Origin: Halothiobacillus sp.
GTDB taxonomy: Bacteria; Pseudomonadota; Gammaproteobacteria; JAAZVP01
Assembly (NCBI GenBank): GCA_018623495.1
Contig: JAAZVP010000003.1
Span: 3,466-67,465 of the forward strand
Reading direction: 5' to 3'
Length of the DNA stretch: 64,000 bases
Shown: positions 10,273 to 23,539 of the stretch, in pieces
Layout of the letters: every line of letters begins with the position of its first letter
Position numbering within the stretch: the stretch's first letter is position 1
Made by a program: the position numbers and the translations under genes
The notes under the pieces: generated by a model
Databases searched by the model: none
What the model was told of the DNA's origin: nothing
What the model saw: the letters and a program-made list of their open reading frames with translations, nothing else

Positions 10273-11157
10273 TCAACCCTCTCCCTCGCAGAATCGGTCC
10301 CGGGCCTGCTTGGCCCGGGCGAAGGTACTCAGCATCGCCTCGCCATCGCCATCGCGGATGTGTCCGGCGAGGGCGTCCAGTTCGTCGCGGAAACGCGCCA
10401 CCATCCCCAGGATCTCGTCGCGATTGGCCAGGCAGATGTCGCGCCACATCACCGGGTCGGAGGAGGCGATACGGGTGAAATCGGAAAAGCCGCCGGCGGC
10501 ATAGCGAAAGATCTCGCGCTGCTCGTCCATCGCCGCCAGGCAATCCACCAGGGCGTAGGCGAGCATGTGCGGCAGGTGGCTGGTGGCGGCGAGCACGTGG
10601 TCGTGGTGCTCGGGGGCCATCCGCTCGACCGCCGCGCCCGCGGCGTGCCACATGGCCTCCACCCGGCGTACCGCCGCCGGGTCGTTGGCGGCCACCGGGG
10701 TGAGCAGCACCCGCCGCCCGCGAAACAGCCCGCCCTCGGCGGCCTCCGGTCCGCTGCGCTCGCGCCCGGCGATGGGGTGCCCGGCGACGAAGCGCCCCGC
10801 GGCCGCGCCCAGGCGCTCCCGGGCCTCGGCCACCACGCTGGACTTGACGCTGCCCACGTCGGTGATCACCGCCTCGGCCGGGGCCGCTTCGGCCACCTCC
10901 CCGAGCACCGCGGTCATGGCCCGCATGGGTACGGCAAGCACGATCATGTCGGCGCCTTCCACCGCCCCGGCGACGCTGTCCGCGGCGCGGTCGACGAGTC
11001 CCAGCGCCCGGCCCTCCTCGAGGTGGTCCGGGTTGCGGTCGAAACCCACGATCTCGCCGCAGTAGCCGGCCTCGCGCAGGGCCAGGGCCAGCGAGCCCCC
11101 GATCAGGCCCACGCCCACCAGGGCCAGCCGGTCGATCCCCCGCCGGCCGCCGCTCAC
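10273..11157 (-). CDS. tyrA: Prephenate/arogenate (cyclohexadienyl) dehydrogenase
   Basis: NAD-binding LALVGVGLIGGSLALAL followed by a TyrA catalytic region. Stop adjacent to aroA, as in the Pseudomonas tyrA-aroA arrangement. Confidence 0.85.
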   Translation of the reverse strand: MSGGRRGIDRLALVGVGLIGGSLALALREAGYCGEIVGFDRNPDHLEEGRALGLVDRAADSVAGAVEGADMIVLAVPMRAMTAVLGEVAEAAPAEAVITDVGSVKSSVVAEARERLGAAAGRFVAGHPIAGRERSGPEAAEGGLFRGRRVLLTPVAANDPAAVRRVEAMWHAAGAAVERMAPEHHDHVLAATSHLPHMLAYALVDCLAAMDEQREIFRYAAGGFSDFTRIASSDPVMWRDICLANRDEILGMVARFRDELDALAGHIRDGDGEAMLSTFARAKQARDRFCEGEG

Positions 11158-12305
11158 CGGGCCTCCAGCACCGCCTCCAGGGCGGCGATCAGGCCGGCGT
11201 TCTCCGCCGGCGTACCCACGCTGATGCGCAGGTGGCGTGGCAGGCCGTCGCCGACCAGGGGCCGGGCGATGAAGCCGCGCTCCAGCAGCCGCTGGTAGAT
11301 GCCGCCGGCATCCTCGCCCACCTCGGCGGTGACGAAATTGGTGGCGGAGGGCAGGTGCGCCAGGCCCAGGCGATCGAGCGCCGCTTCCAGCCGGTCGCGC
11401 TCGGCCAGGTTCATCCGCCGGCTCTCGGCCACGTAGTCGGCGTCCTCCAGGGCCGCCAGCGCCCCGGCCTGGCCCACCCGGTTGGCGTTGAAGGGATGCC
11501 GCACGCGGTTCATGAGGTCGGCGATCGCCGGGTGGGCCACCGCGTAGCCGATGCGCACCCCGGCCAGGCCGTGGATCTTGGAGAAGGTGCGGGTGACCAC
11601 CAGGTTGGGGAAGCGCTCCAGCCAGTCGAGCGCGGTGGGCTGGCCGGGATCGCGGGCATACTCGACGTAGGCCTCGTCCACCACGACCACCACCTCCGCC
11701 GGCAGGTCGGCGATGAAGGCCTCCAGCTCGGCCGGTTCCACCCAGGTGCCGGTGGGATTGTTGGGATTGGCCACGAACACCACCCGCGTGGTCGCGTCGA
11801 TCCGCGCCCGCATGGCCTCGAGGTCGTGCCCCCGGGGCATGCCGCTCTCCGCCCCCAGGGCCGGGGCGGCGCGGCCCTCGGCGCCGCAGGCCCGGGTCAC
11901 CAGGCGGTAGACGGCGAAGGCGTGCTCGGAGAAGACCGCCGAGCGCCCGGGCCCGAGAAACACCCGCGCGAGGAGGTCGAGCAGGTCGTTCGAGCCGTTG
12001 CCCAGTACCAGGCGCTCGGCGCCGACATCGAGGTGGCGGGACAGCCCGGCCTTGAGGTCGAAGCCGTTGGGATCGGGGTAGCGGTGCACCTCGGCACAGG
12101 CCGCCCGCATGGCCGCCAGCGCCCGCTCACCGGGCCCCAGGGGGTTCTCGTTGGAGGCCAGCTTGACCACCGTCTCGATCCCCAGCTCGCGCTTGAGCTC
12201 GTCGATGGGCTTGCCCGGCTGGTAGGGCGTAAGCCCCTGCACGCCCTCGACGGCGAGGGCCGGGAAATCCACGGGTTGCGGGCTTCGGGATGCTTGCGCG
12301 GTCAT
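11154..12305 (-). CDS. hisC: Histidinol-phosphate/aromatic aminotransferase (class II PLP enzyme)
   Basis: ASNENPLGP, FVANPNNPTG and TRTFSKIHGLAGVRIGY motifs. Overlaps the tyrA start by 4 nt. Confidence 0.85.
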   Translation of the reverse strand: MTAQASRSPQPVDFPALAVEGVQGLTPYQPGKPIDELKRELGIETVVKLASNENPLGPGERALAAMRAACAEVHRYPDPNGFDLKAGLSRHLDVGAERLVLGNGSNDLLDLLARVFLGPGRSAVFSEHAFAVYRLVTRACGAEGRAAPALGAESGMPRGHDLEAMRARIDATTRVVFVANPNNPTGTWVEPAELEAFIADLPAEVVVVVDEAYVEYARDPGQPTALDWLERFPNLVVTRTFSKIHGLAGVRIGYAVAHPAIADLMNRVRHPFNANRVGQAGALAALEDADYVAESRRMNLAERDRLEAALDRLGLAHLPSATNFVTAEVGEDAGGIYQRLLERGFIARPLVGDGLPRHLRISVGTPAENAGLIAALEAVLEAR

Positions 12306-12313
12306 GTTCGCCC

Positions 12314-13402
12314 TCAAAGCGGGGTACGGGGATAGGAGCCGAGCACGGTCAACAGCGAGGCGGAGGCCTCCATCTCCTCCAGGGCCGCCGCCACGGACGC
12401 ATCCGACCGATGACCGAGGACATCGACGAAGAACACGTACTCCCAGGCCCGGTTGCGCGCCGGGCGGGACTCGATCTTGGTCATCGACAGGTCCCGGCTG
12501 GCCAGCGGCGCGAGCATGGCATGCAGCGAACCCGGCCGGTTGGGGCCGGAGAACATGATCGAGGTCTTGTCCTCGCCCGAGGCCTCCACGTCGTCTGCAC
12601 CGATCACCAGGAACCGCGTGGTGTTGCTGGGATCGTCCTCGATACGCTCGGCCAGCCGGTCCAGGTCGTAGAGCTCGGCGGCCGCGGCCGAGGCGATCGC
12701 GGCCGTGCCGGCCTCCTCGGCGGCCCGACGCGCTGCCTCGGCGTTGCTCGCCAGGGCGACGCGCTCCACCCCGGCGAGGTTGCGGTCGAGCCACTCGCGA
12801 CACTGCGCCAGGGCCTGGGGATGGGCATAGACCCGCTTCACCCCGGCGAGCTCCACCGAACGGCCGATGAGATTGTGGTGGATGCGCAGTTCCACCTCGC
12901 CACAGACCTTGAGCGGCGAGCGCAGGAACATGTCCAGGGTGTGGGTGACCACGCCCTCGGAGGAATTCTCCACCGGCACCACCCCGAAGTCGGCACTGCC
13001 CGACTCCACCTCGCGAAAGACCGTGTTGATGCCGCCCAGGGGCCGGAATTCGACCGCGTGGCCGAAGTGCTTGAGCGCCGCGGACTGGGTGAAGGTCCCC
13101 TCCGGGCCCAGGTAGGCCACCCGCAGCGGCTGCTCGAGGGCCAGGCAGGCCGACATCACCTCGCGAAACAGGAAGGCGGCGGTGTCGTCCGCCAGCGGCC
13201 CGGGGTTGTCCGCGCGCACGCGGCGCAGGATTGCCGCCTCGCGGTCGGGGCGGAAGAAGGTCGCGTCGTCGCCCTGCTCCGCGCGCTTGACGCGGCCCAC
13301 CGCCTGCGCCAGCGATGCCCGTTCGTTGAGCATCTCCAGCAGCTGGCGATCGAGGGCGTCGATGCGCTCGCGGATCTCGCTCAGGCTCGCGTCACTCGCC
13401 AT
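12314..13402 (-). CDS. pheA: Bifunctional chorismate mutase / prephenate dehydratase (P-protein)
   Basis: CM domain (IRERIDALDRQLLEMLNERA), PDT domain and a C-terminal ACT domain. ATG at 13400-13402. Confidence 0.9.
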   Translation of the reverse strand: MASDASLSEIRERIDALDRQLLEMLNERASLAQAVGRVKRAEQGDDATFFRPDREAAILRRVRADNPGPLADDTAAFLFREVMSACLALEQPLRVAYLGPEGTFTQSAALKHFGHAVEFRPLGGINTVFREVESGSADFGVVPVENSSEGVVTHTLDMFLRSPLKVCGEVELRIHHNLIGRSVELAGVKRVYAHPQALAQCREWLDRNLAGVERVALASNAEAARRAAEEAGTAAIASAAAAELYDLDRLAERIEDDPSNTTRFLVIGADDVEASGEDKTSIMFSGPNRPGSLHAMLAPLASRDLSMTKIESRPARNRAWEYVFFVDVLGHRSDASVAAALEEMEASASLLTVLGSYPRTPL

Positions 13403-13476
13403 ATCGGATATCGCCGTACACAGGAACGCCGTGCCCGCGGGCACGGCGTTCGTCGACCGGGTTCACCGGGTCCCGA

Positions 13477-14640
13477 TCAGAGGACCCGCACGCGCAGGAC
13501 GCCATCGATCGCCTTGATGGCGTCGACGATGTCGTCGGAGACCGCGTCGTCCAGGTCGAGCAGGGTGCAGGCGATCTCGCCGCGGGACTCGTTGACCATG
13601 TGGACGATGTTGGTGTGGGAGTCGCCGATGATGTGCGAGATCTGGCCCACCATGTCCGGCCGGTTCTGGTTGACCACCGCCAGGCGCGCCGCGCCCTTGC
13701 GCGGCAGGGCCACCTCGGGGAAGTTCACCGAGTTGCGGATGTTGCCGTTCTCCAGGTAGTCCTTGAGCTGCTCGGCCACCATCACCGCGCAGTTGTCCTC
13801 GGCCTCCTCGGTGGAGGCGCCCAGGTGCGGCAGCGCGACCACGCGCTCGTGGCCCTTGAGGCGGTTGGAGGGGAAGTCGGTGACGTAGGCGTAGGCCTTG
13901 CCGGAGTCCAGGGCCTCCTCCATGGCCTCCTCGTCGACGATACCGTCGCGGGCGAAGTTGAGAACGACCACGTTGTTCTTCATGAAGCTCAGCCGCTCGC
14001 TGTTGATCAGGTGGCGGGTCCCCTCCACCAGCGGCACGTGGAAGGTCACGTAGTCCGCCTTGGCCAGCAGGTCGTCGATGCCCGCGGCCTGCTTGACCGA
14101 GGCGTCGAGCTCCCAGGCCCGGGCGACGGTCATGCCCGGGTCGAAGCCGATCACGTTCATGCCCAGGGCGACCGCGGCATTGGCCACGCGCACGCCGATG
14201 GCCCCCAGGCCGACGATGCCCAGGGTACGGCCGGGCAGCTCGAAGCCCTTGTACTTCTTCTTGCCCGCCTCGACGGCCTTGTGCAGCTCGGCATCGTCAC
14301 CGTCCAGGCCCTGGACGTAGTTCCAGCCCTGGACCACGTTGCGGCTGGCCATGAGCATGCCGGCGAGCACCAGCTCCTTGACGCCGTTGGCATTGGCCCC
14401 GGGGGCGTTGAACACGCACACGCCGCGGTCGGTCATCTTGTCCACGGGGATGTTGTTCACCCCGGCGCCGGCGCGGCCGATGGCCTCGAGCGAGTCCGGC
14501 AGCTCCATGTCGTGCATCTTGTGCGAGCGCACCAGCACGCCGTCGGGGTTCTGGATCTCGGAGGAGATCTCGTAGGTGTCGTGCGGCAGGCGGTCGAGGC
14601 CCTTGGAGGAAATCGCGTTGAGAGTCAGGATCTTGTACAT
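13477..14640 (-). CDS. serA: D-3-phosphoglycerate dehydrogenase (2-hydroxyacid dehydrogenase with C-terminal ACT domain)
   Basis: GLGAIGVRVA NAD-binding motif and a D-isomer 2-hydroxyacid dehydrogenase catalytic region, plus a C-terminal ACT-like domain. Confidence 0.8.
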   Translation of the reverse strand: MYKILTLNAISSKGLDRLPHDTYEISSEIQNPDGVLVRSHKMHDMELPDSLEAIGRAGAGVNNIPVDKMTDRGVCVFNAPGANANGVKELVLAGMLMASRNVVQGWNYVQGLDGDDAELHKAVEAGKKKYKGFELPGRTLGIVGLGAIGVRVANAAVALGMNVIGFDPGMTVARAWELDASVKQAAGIDDLLAKADYVTFHVPLVEGTRHLINSERLSFMKNNVVVLNFARDGIVDEEAMEEALDSGKAYAYVTDFPSNRLKGHERVVALPHLGASTEEAEDNCAVMVAEQLKDYLENGNIRNSVNFPEVALPRKGAARLAVVNQNRPDMVGQISHIIGDSHTNIVHMVNESRGEIACTLLDLDDAVSDDIVDAIKAIDGVLRVRVL

Positions 14641-14668
14641 GCCTTTTCACCCAGTATCTTGCGTCTGA

Positions 14669-15754
14669 TCAGCCGTGACGGCGCTCGAAATCGGCCATGA
14701 AGTCCACCAGGGCGTCGACGCCCTCTTCCGGCATGGCGTTGTAGATGCTCGCCCGCATGCCGCCCACGCTGCGGTGGCCCTTGAGCGTCACCAGCCCCGC
14801 TTCCCTGGCCTCGGCCAGGAAGGTGTCGTTGAGGCCGTCGTCGGCGAGGATGAACGGCACGTTCATCCACGAGCGGCAGGCCCCGTCCACGGGGTTGGTG
14901 TAGAAGTCGGACTCGTCGATGGCGGCGTAGAGCTTGCCGGCCTTGCGCTCGTTGCGCTCGCCCATGGCCTCGAGGCCACCGCGCTCCTTGAGCCACTCGA
15001 ACACCAGCCCGGCCATGTACCAGGCGTAGGTGGGCGGGGTGTTGGCCATGGAGTCGGCATCGGCCATGGTCTTGTAGTCCATCAGCTTGGGCGTGCCCGG
15101 GCGCGCGTCGCCGATCAGGTCGTCGCGCACGATCACCACGGTCACGCCCGCCGGGCCGATGTTCTTCTGCGCGCCGGCGTAGATGATGCCGTAGCGCGAG
15201 ACGTCCACGGGGCGCGAGAGGATAGTGGAGGACATGTCGGCCACCAGCGGGACGTCACCGGTCTCGGGAACGTAGGGGAACTCCACGCCGGCGATGGTCT
15301 CGTTGGGCGTGTAATGGCAGTAGGCGGCCTGCGGGTCCACCCGGATATCGCCCTCGCCCGGCAGCGTGGTGAAGTGGCTGCCCTCGGTGTCGGCGATGAC
15401 GTTCACCCGGGCGAAGCGCCGCGCCTCGGCGATGGCCTTCTTGGACCAGTGACCGGTGTTCATGTAGTCCACGGTCACGCCGTCGTCCTTGGCCAGGTTG
15501 AGCGGGATCGCGGAGAACTGGCCGCTGGCCCCGCCCTGGAGGAAGAGCACCTTGTAGTTGTCGGGGATCGCCATCAGCTCCCGCAGGTCGGCCTCCGCCT
15601 TCTCGGCGATGGAAACGAACTCCTTGCCGCGGTGGCTCATCTCCATTACCGACATGCCGGTGCCGCGCCAGTCGAGCATCTCCTCGCGGGCGCGCTCCAG
15701 AACTTCAGCCGGCAGCATCGCCGGTCCGGCACTGAAGTTGTAGACTCGAGACAT
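14669..15754 (-). CDS. serC: Phosphoserine aminotransferase
   Basis: MSRVYNFSAGPAMLP...MSHRGKEF. Confidence 0.9.
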   Translation of the reverse strand: MSRVYNFSAGPAMLPAEVLERAREEMLDWRGTGMSVMEMSHRGKEFVSIAEKAEADLRELMAIPDNYKVLFLQGGASGQFSAIPLNLAKDDGVTVDYMNTGHWSKKAIAEARRFARVNVIADTEGSHFTTLPGEGDIRVDPQAAYCHYTPNETIAGVEFPYVPETGDVPLVADMSSTILSRPVDVSRYGIIYAGAQKNIGPAGVTVVIVRDDLIGDARPGTPKLMDYKTMADADSMANTPPTYAWYMAGLVFEWLKERGGLEAMGERNERKAGKLYAAIDESDFYTNPVDGACRSWMNVPFILADDGLNDTFLAEAREAGLVTLKGHRSVGGMRASIYNAMPEEGVDALVDFMADFERRHG

Positions 15755-15781
15755 TGACTACCCCCGTGAAATCGTCAGTCG

Positions 15782-18355
<2,574 letters not shown>

Positions 18356-18495
18356 GGATCGGCAATTCCCTCATGCGTTTTCCGGACCGCGGCGCAACGA
18401 GCCCCGGACCGCGTCTTTCCCGGCGTTGTCGGGGAGCGAAAGGGCATCGCTCCAAAACGCACGATCTTACCACAAACCGCCCCTGCCGGCGCTCG

Positions 18496-19266
18496 CTACC
18501 CCGGATGGTGGAGATAGACGTCGAAGCGCACGCTCTTGCCGCCGAACACCACGTCCGGCGCCGCCCCGGCCAGCAACGGTGCCTTGCGCGGGCGCTTGAC
18601 CACCACCCGGCGCACGCCGCTCGCCCGCGCCGCCGCCAGCAGCGCGTCGCCCTCGTCGCCGGTTCCCAGCAGGGCCTGGAAGAGTTGCATGGCCTTCTTC
18701 ACCCGGGCCGCCTTGCGCCGCTCGGGGAACATCGGGTCGAGGTAGACCACCTGCGCACCCAGCGCCGCGACCCGCTCGGCGAGCAGCGTCTCGGCCTCGC
18801 CGCACTCCAGCGTCATCCGTTCGGCGACCGGGGCGGTGGCCGGGTCGGCCCCGGCGCGCTCCAGGCCGTCGGCCAGCAGGGCGTGGATCACCGGGTGGCG
18901 TTCGACCAGGTGCACCCGGCAGCCCAGGGCCGCCAGCGTGAAGGCATCCTGCCCCAGCCCGGCCGTGGCGTCGATCACCAAGGGTCGGAAACCCGGCTTG
19001 AGCCCCGCGGCCCGGCCGATCAGGCTGCGCCGGCCGGCCTGCGCGGCCCGCCGCGCGCTGCTGCCGGCGCCGAAATCGACCCGCAGGGGATGGCGCTCGG
19101 GGTGGCGGGCATCGGCCAGCGCCAGTCCCGCCTCGTCCACCACCAGCAACAGCCCGGCGAAACCCGCGGGCGGCGCCGGGGGCAGCTCCAGCGACGCGGC
19201 CAGCGCCTCGGCCCGCTGCCGGCAGGCCGGGGTCTCGGCCCGCACGGCCACCGGGGAGACGGTCAT
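18496..19266 (-). CDS. rsmJ: 16S rRNA m2G1516 methyltransferase RsmJ (YhiQ-like)
   Basis: DATAGLGQDAFTLAALGCRVHLVERHPV SAM-methyltransferase core typical of RsmJ. Its start overlaps the argA stop. Confidence 0.75.
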   Translation of the reverse strand: MTVSPVAVRAETPACRQRAEALAASLELPPAPPAGFAGLLLVVDEAGLALADARHPERHPLRVDFGAGSSARRAAQAGRRSLIGRAAGLKPGFRPLVIDATAGLGQDAFTLAALGCRVHLVERHPVIHALLADGLERAGADPATAPVAERMTLECGEAETLLAERVAALGAQVVYLDPMFPERRKAARVKKAMQLFQALLGTGDEGDALLAAARASGVRRVVVKRPRKAPLLAGAAPDVVFGGKSVRFDVYLHHPG

Positions 19267-20567
19267 GGCACCAGCGGCTTGACGAAGACCTTGGAATTGC
19301 GGCGATAGTTGTAGAGCTCGCGCCGCGCCACGGGCAGGGAATCGACCTCGGCCGGGGCGAAGCCGTGTTCCACGAACCAGTGCTCGGCCCGGGTGGTGAG
19401 CACGAACAGCCGCTCGAGCCCCGCCTCCCGGGCCTCCTGCTCCACTCGCTCGAGCAGGCGCTCGCCGCGGCGCGCGCCGCGGTAGTCCGGGTGGACGGCC
19501 AGCGCCGCCATCTCGGCGACGCCCTCCCCCGGGAAGGGGAACAGCGCCACGCAGCCGATCACCGCGCCGTCGCGCTCGATCACCCGGAAGCGTTCCACCT
19601 CCAGCTCCAGCTGCTCGCGCGAGCGCCGCACCAGGGCACCCTCGGCCTCCAGCGGGGCGATCAGGGCCAGGATGCCGCCGACGTCCTCGATGGTGGCCGG
19701 GCGCAGGGTGTCGTAGGCCTCGGCCGTGACCAGGGTGCCGGCGCCGTCGCGGGTGAACAGCTCCAGCAGCAGCGCCCCGTCCACCGCCGCCCGCACCAGG
19801 TGCACCCGGCGCACACCGGCCTCGGTGGCCGCCGCCGCACTCGCCAGGTGGCGGCGGGTGACGGCGGGCAGGGTGGCGTCGGCGGCCCGCTCGCGGGCCT
19901 CGCCGGGGGCCATGTCGGCAGCCAGGCCTTCCAGGCCGTGGGCGAGAAAGATCAGCTTGTCGGCGTTGAGCGCACCGGCCGTGGCCACGGCCACGTCCTC
20001 GGCGGCCAGGTTGAAGACCTCGCCGGTGGGCGAGAAACCCAGGTTGGAGAGCAGGACGATGCCGTCGCCGGCCAGCTGCGCCTCGAGCGCCGCGGTGTCC
20101 AGGCGCCGGACCTGGCCGGTAAAGGCGAAGTCGACCCCGTCGATCACGCCCAGCGGACGGGCGGTGACGAAATTGCCCGAGACCACACGCACCCCGGCGC
20201 CCGGCGAGGGCGTCGTGGCCGGGCCACTGGAGAGCCGCGCCTGGATGTCGACGTGCACCGACATGGCCGCGCGCCGGACCCGCTCGAGGGCCTCGGCGGT
20301 GGTCACCCGCACGCCGCCGACGAAGCGCGACTCGATGCCCGCCTCGGCCAGCTCCCGGTCGATCCGGCTGCGCGCCCCGTGGACCACCACCACCCGGATG
20401 CCCAGGGCATGCAGCAGGGCGATGTCCTGGGCCAGGGCGTCGAAGCCCCCGGCCTCCAGCGTCTCGTCCTCGACGGCCAGCACGAACGTCCGCCCCCGGT
20501 GGCGGTGGATGTAGCCACCGGCCTGGCGGAAACCGTGGACGAACTGGCCCGCTTCGATCTGCATCAA
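19263..20567 (-). CDS. argA: Amino-acid N-acetyltransferase (N-acetylglutamate synthase: amino acid kinase domain plus GNAT domain)
   Basis: Amino acid kinase domain followed by a C-terminal GNAT domain. Overlaps the argF stop by 4 nt. Confidence 0.85.
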   Translation of the reverse strand: MMQIEAGQFVHGFRQAGGYIHRHRGRTFVLAVEDETLEAGGFDALAQDIALLHALGIRVVVVHGARSRIDRELAEAGIESRFVGGVRVTTAEALERVRRAAMSVHVDIQARLSSGPATTPSPGAGVRVVSGNFVTARPLGVIDGVDFAFTGQVRRLDTAALEAQLAGDGIVLLSNLGFSPTGEVFNLAAEDVAVATAGALNADKLIFLAHGLEGLAADMAPGEARERAADATLPAVTRRHLASAAAATEAGVRRVHLVRAAVDGALLLELFTRDGAGTLVTAEAYDTLRPATIEDVGGILALIAPLEAEGALVRRSREQLELEVERFRVIERDGAVIGCVALFPFPGEGVAEMAALAVHPDYRGARRGERLLERVEQEAREAGLERLFVLTTRAEHWFVEHGFAPAEVDSLPVARRELYNYRRNSKVFVKPLVP

Positions 20568-21475
20568 CCGCCCAGGATCAGGAACTCCAGCAGCGCCTTC
20601 TGGGCGTGCAGCCGATTCTCGGCCTCCTCCCAGACCACGCTCTGTTCCCCCTCGAGCACCCCGGCACTGACCTCCTCGCCGCGGTGGGCCGGCAGGCAGT
20701 GCATGAACAGTGCCTCGCGGTCGGCCAGGGCCATCAGGTCCTCGTCCACCTGGAAGTCGGCGAAGGCGCGCTCGCGCTGGGCCTGTTCCTCTTCCTGGCC
20801 CATGCTGGCCCAGACGTCGGTGACCACCAGGTCGGCGCCCTCGACCGCCGCCCGGGGGTCGTTGCCGACCTGCACCGCGTCACCGCCGGCGGCCACCACC
20901 TCGGCCTCCGGCTCGAAACCGGCCGGCGTGGCGATCCGCAGGTGGAAGCCGAAGATCCGCGCGGCGTTGATATAGGAATGGCACATGTTGTTGCCGTCCC
21001 CTACCCAGGCCACGGTGCGACCGCGGATCTCGCCGCGATGCTCGTTGAAGGTGAGCATGTCGGCGAGCAGTTGGCAGGGGTGGAAACGGTCGGTGAGGCC
21101 GTTGATCACCGGCGACCGCGAGCAGCTGGCGAAGCGCTCCACCGTCTCGTGGTCGAAGGTGCGGATCATCACCGCGTCCACCATCCGCGAGAGGACCCGG
21201 GCCGTGTCCTCCACCGGCTCGCCGCGGCCGAGCTGGGTGTCGCGGGGCGAGAGGAACATGGCGTGTCCGCCGAACTGGGCCATGCCCGACTCGAACGAGA
21301 CCCGCGTGCGCGTGGAGGACTTCTCGAAGATCATCCCCAGCACCCGGTTCTCGAGGAAGGCATGCGGCTCGCCGGCGCGCTGCAGACGCTTGAGCTCGCA
21401 GGCGCGCTGGATAAGGCGCCGGTGTTCGGCGGACGAGAGGTCGCCGAGGGTGAGAAAGTGGCGTACTGCTGACAT
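20564..21475 (-). CDS. argF: Ornithine carbamoyltransferase
   Basis: STRTR and HCLP motifs ([13 protein letters not shown] ... [12 protein letters not shown]). Confidence 0.9.
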   Translation of the reverse strand: MSAVRHFLTLGDLSSAEHRRLIQRACELKRLQRAGEPHAFLENRVLGMIFEKSSTRTRVSFESGMAQFGGHAMFLSPRDTQLGRGEPVEDTARVLSRMVDAVMIRTFDHETVERFASCSRSPVINGLTDRFHPCQLLADMLTFNEHRGEIRGRTVAWVGDGNNMCHSYINAARIFGFHLRIATPAGFEPEAEVVAAGGDAVQVGNDPRAAVEGADLVVTDVWASMGQEEEQAQRERAFADFQVDEDLMALADREALFMHCLPAHRGEEVSAGVLEGEQSVVWEEAENRLHAQKALLEFLILGG

Positions 21476-21488
21476 GGCTGTCTTCCCT

Positions 21489-22667
21489 TTACTGGCCGCC
21501 GAGGCGGCCTTCCACCAGGGTACTCACCGTGTCGACGATGCGCTCGGCCTCGACGTCGGTGAGCACCAGCGGCGGCAGCAGGCGGATCACGTTGCCCGCG
21601 GTGACGTTGATCAGCAGGCCCCGCTCCACCGCCTGCCCCACCAGCTCGGCACAGGGCTCGGCGAGCTCGATGCCCAGCATCAGGCCACGGCCGCGGATGT
21701 CGCTGACCCCGTCGAGCCCGCCCAGGCGCTCGCGGAAACCCGCGAGCATGCGTTCGCCCAGCTCGGTGGCGCGCCCGCAGAGCCCCTCGGCGGCCAGGGT
21801 GTCGAGCACCGCCTCGGCCGCGGCACAGGCCAGCGGATTGCCGCCGAAGGTGGTGCCGTGGCGACCCGGCCCGAAGGTCTCGCCGACCGCCTCGCGGGCC
21901 AGGCAGGCGCCGATGGGCACGCCGTTGCCCAGGCCCTTGGCCAGGGTGAGCACGTCCGGCCGGATACCGGCCCGCTGGTGGGCAAACAGCACGCCCGTGC
22001 GGCCGATACCGGTCTGGATCTCGTCGAGCATCATCAGCCAGCCCTGGCGGTCGCAGAGCTCGCGCACCGCCTGCAGGTAGCCCTCGCCGGGCACCCGCAC
22101 GCCGCCCTCGCCCTGGATGGGCTCCACCAGCACCGCCACCACGTTGGGGTTCTTGTCGGCGATGCGCTCGATGGCCTCGACGTCGTCGAACGGCGCCCGG
22201 ACGAAACCCTGCACCAGCGGCTCGAAGCCGGCCTGCACCTTGCGGTTGCCGGTGGCCGAGAGCGTGGCCAGGGTGCGGCCGTGAAAGCTGTTCTCCATGA
22301 CGATGATCGCCGGCGACTGCACGCCCCGCTCGTGGCCGTGGAGGCGGGCCAGCTTGATCGCCGCCTCGTTGGCCTCGGCCCCCGAGTTGCAGAAGAAGGC
22401 CCGCTCCAGGCCGCTGGCCTCGGCCAGCCGCCGGGCCAGCTGCTCCTGGCGCTGGATGCCGTAGAGATTGGAGGTATGCACCAGCCGGCCGGCCTGGTCG
22501 CAGACGGCCTCGGTGACCGCGGGGTGGGCATGGCCCAGGTTGCACACCGCGATGCCACTCAGGGCGTCGAGGTACTCGCGGTCCGTGGCGTCCCAGAGCG
22601 AACAGCCCTGCCCGCGGACGAACTCGACGGGCAGGCGGGCATAGGTCGGCATCAGATGCTCAGACAT
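21489..22667 (-). CDS. argD: Acetylornithine aminotransferase
   Basis: Class III aminotransferase ([21 protein letters not shown]). Confidence 0.9.
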   Translation of the reverse strand: MSEHLMPTYARLPVEFVRGQGCSLWDATDREYLDALSGIAVCNLGHAHPAVTEAVCDQAGRLVHTSNLYGIQRQEQLARRLAEASGLERAFFCNSGAEANEAAIKLARLHGHERGVQSPAIIVMENSFHGRTLATLSATGNRKVQAGFEPLVQGFVRAPFDDVEAIERIADKNPNVVAVLVEPIQGEGGVRVPGEGYLQAVRELCDRQGWLMMLDEIQTGIGRTGVLFAHQRAGIRPDVLTLAKGLGNGVPIGACLAREAVGETFGPGRHGTTFGGNPLACAAAEAVLDTLAAEGLCGRATELGERMLAGFRERLGGLDGVSDIRGRGLMLGIELAEPCAELVGQAVERGLLINVTAGNVIRLLPPLVLTDVEAERIVDTVSTLVEGRLGGQ

Positions 22668-22684
22668 GGCCTTTCCGGTGATGA

Positions 22685-22715
22685 CAAAAACAAAAAGGGG
22701 GCCAGCGGCCCCCCG
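22685..22715 (-). terminator. Rho-independent terminator downstream of sodB
   Basis: On the minus strand, GGGGGCCGCTGGCCCCC hairpin followed by TTTTTGTTTTTG. Confidence 0.8.
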
Positions 22716-22778
22716 GGGAAAATGACGATTTTATTGCGCACCGGGACCCTATGCAAGGGCCGGTGCGGGAACGCGGGA

Positions 22779-23387
22779 TCAGCCCTTGGCCGCGGAATAC
22801 CGGCGGGCGACCTCTTCCCAGTTCACCACGTCCCAGAACGCCTCGACGTAGTCGGGGCGGCGGTTCTGGTAGCGCAGGTAGTAGGCATGCTCCCAGACGT
22901 CCAGGCCGAGGATGGGCGTGCCCTTGACCTCGGCGATGTCCATCAGCGGGTTGTCCTGGTTGGGCGTGGAGGTCACCTGCAGGCCCGCGTCGGTGGCCAC
23001 CAGCCAGGCCCAGCCGGAACCGAAGCGGGTCAGCGCCGCCTGGGTGAACTTCTCGCGGAAGTCCTCGAAGGAACCGAAGGCGCTCTCCACCTCGCTGCCC
23101 AGCTCGCCATCGGGACGGCCGCCACCGTCGGGGGACATCACGGTCCAGAACAGCGAGTGGTTGTAGTGGCCGCCACCGTTGTTGCGCACCGCGGTGGACA
23201 GGCTGGAGACGTTCTTCATCAGCTCCTCGACCGGCTTGTCGTCCCACTCGGTGCCGGCGATGGCGTCGTTGCACTTGCTGATGTAGGTCTGGTGGTGCTT
23301 GGTGTGGTGGAGCTCCATCGTGCGGGCGTCGATGGACTTTTCCAGCGCGTCGTACCCGTAGCTCAGGTCGGGAAGCGTGAATGCCAT
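22779..23387 (-). CDS. sodB: Superoxide dismutase (Fe/Mn family)
   Basis: [16 protein letters not shown]...HHTKHHQTY...[17 protein letters not shown] 8 nt upstream of the ATG. Confidence 0.9.
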   Translation of the reverse strand: MAFTLPDLSYGYDALEKSIDARTMELHHTKHHQTYISKCNDAIAGTEWDDKPVEELMKNVSSLSTAVRNNGGGHYNHSLFWTVMSPDGGGRPDGELGSEVESAFGSFEDFREKFTQAALTRFGSGWAWLVATDAGLQVTSTPNQDNPLMDIAEVKGTPILGLDVWEHAYYLRYQNRRPDYVEAFWDVVNWEEVARRYSAAKG

Positions 23388-23539
23388 GGAGATCTTCTCC
23401 TCAACCTTCAAATGGCGACAAGCCGACCCTGGGGCGGGCCGGCACTCGAAATCGTTCGCAGCTTGTAGAATGCGTTCTTTCCCGGGATTTATAGCACAGG
23501 GCCCGGGGGCAGTAAATCCGACCAGAGCGCTCAGGAATC

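Noticed and set aside
8948-10651. 567-aa ORF suggesting a tyrA-aroA-like fusion, or a 127-aa extension of aroA
   Set aside because: The extension overlaps the real tyrA gene (10273-11157), which is in a different frame and carries an NAD-binding motif. The EPSPS homology starts at the GTG at 10268.
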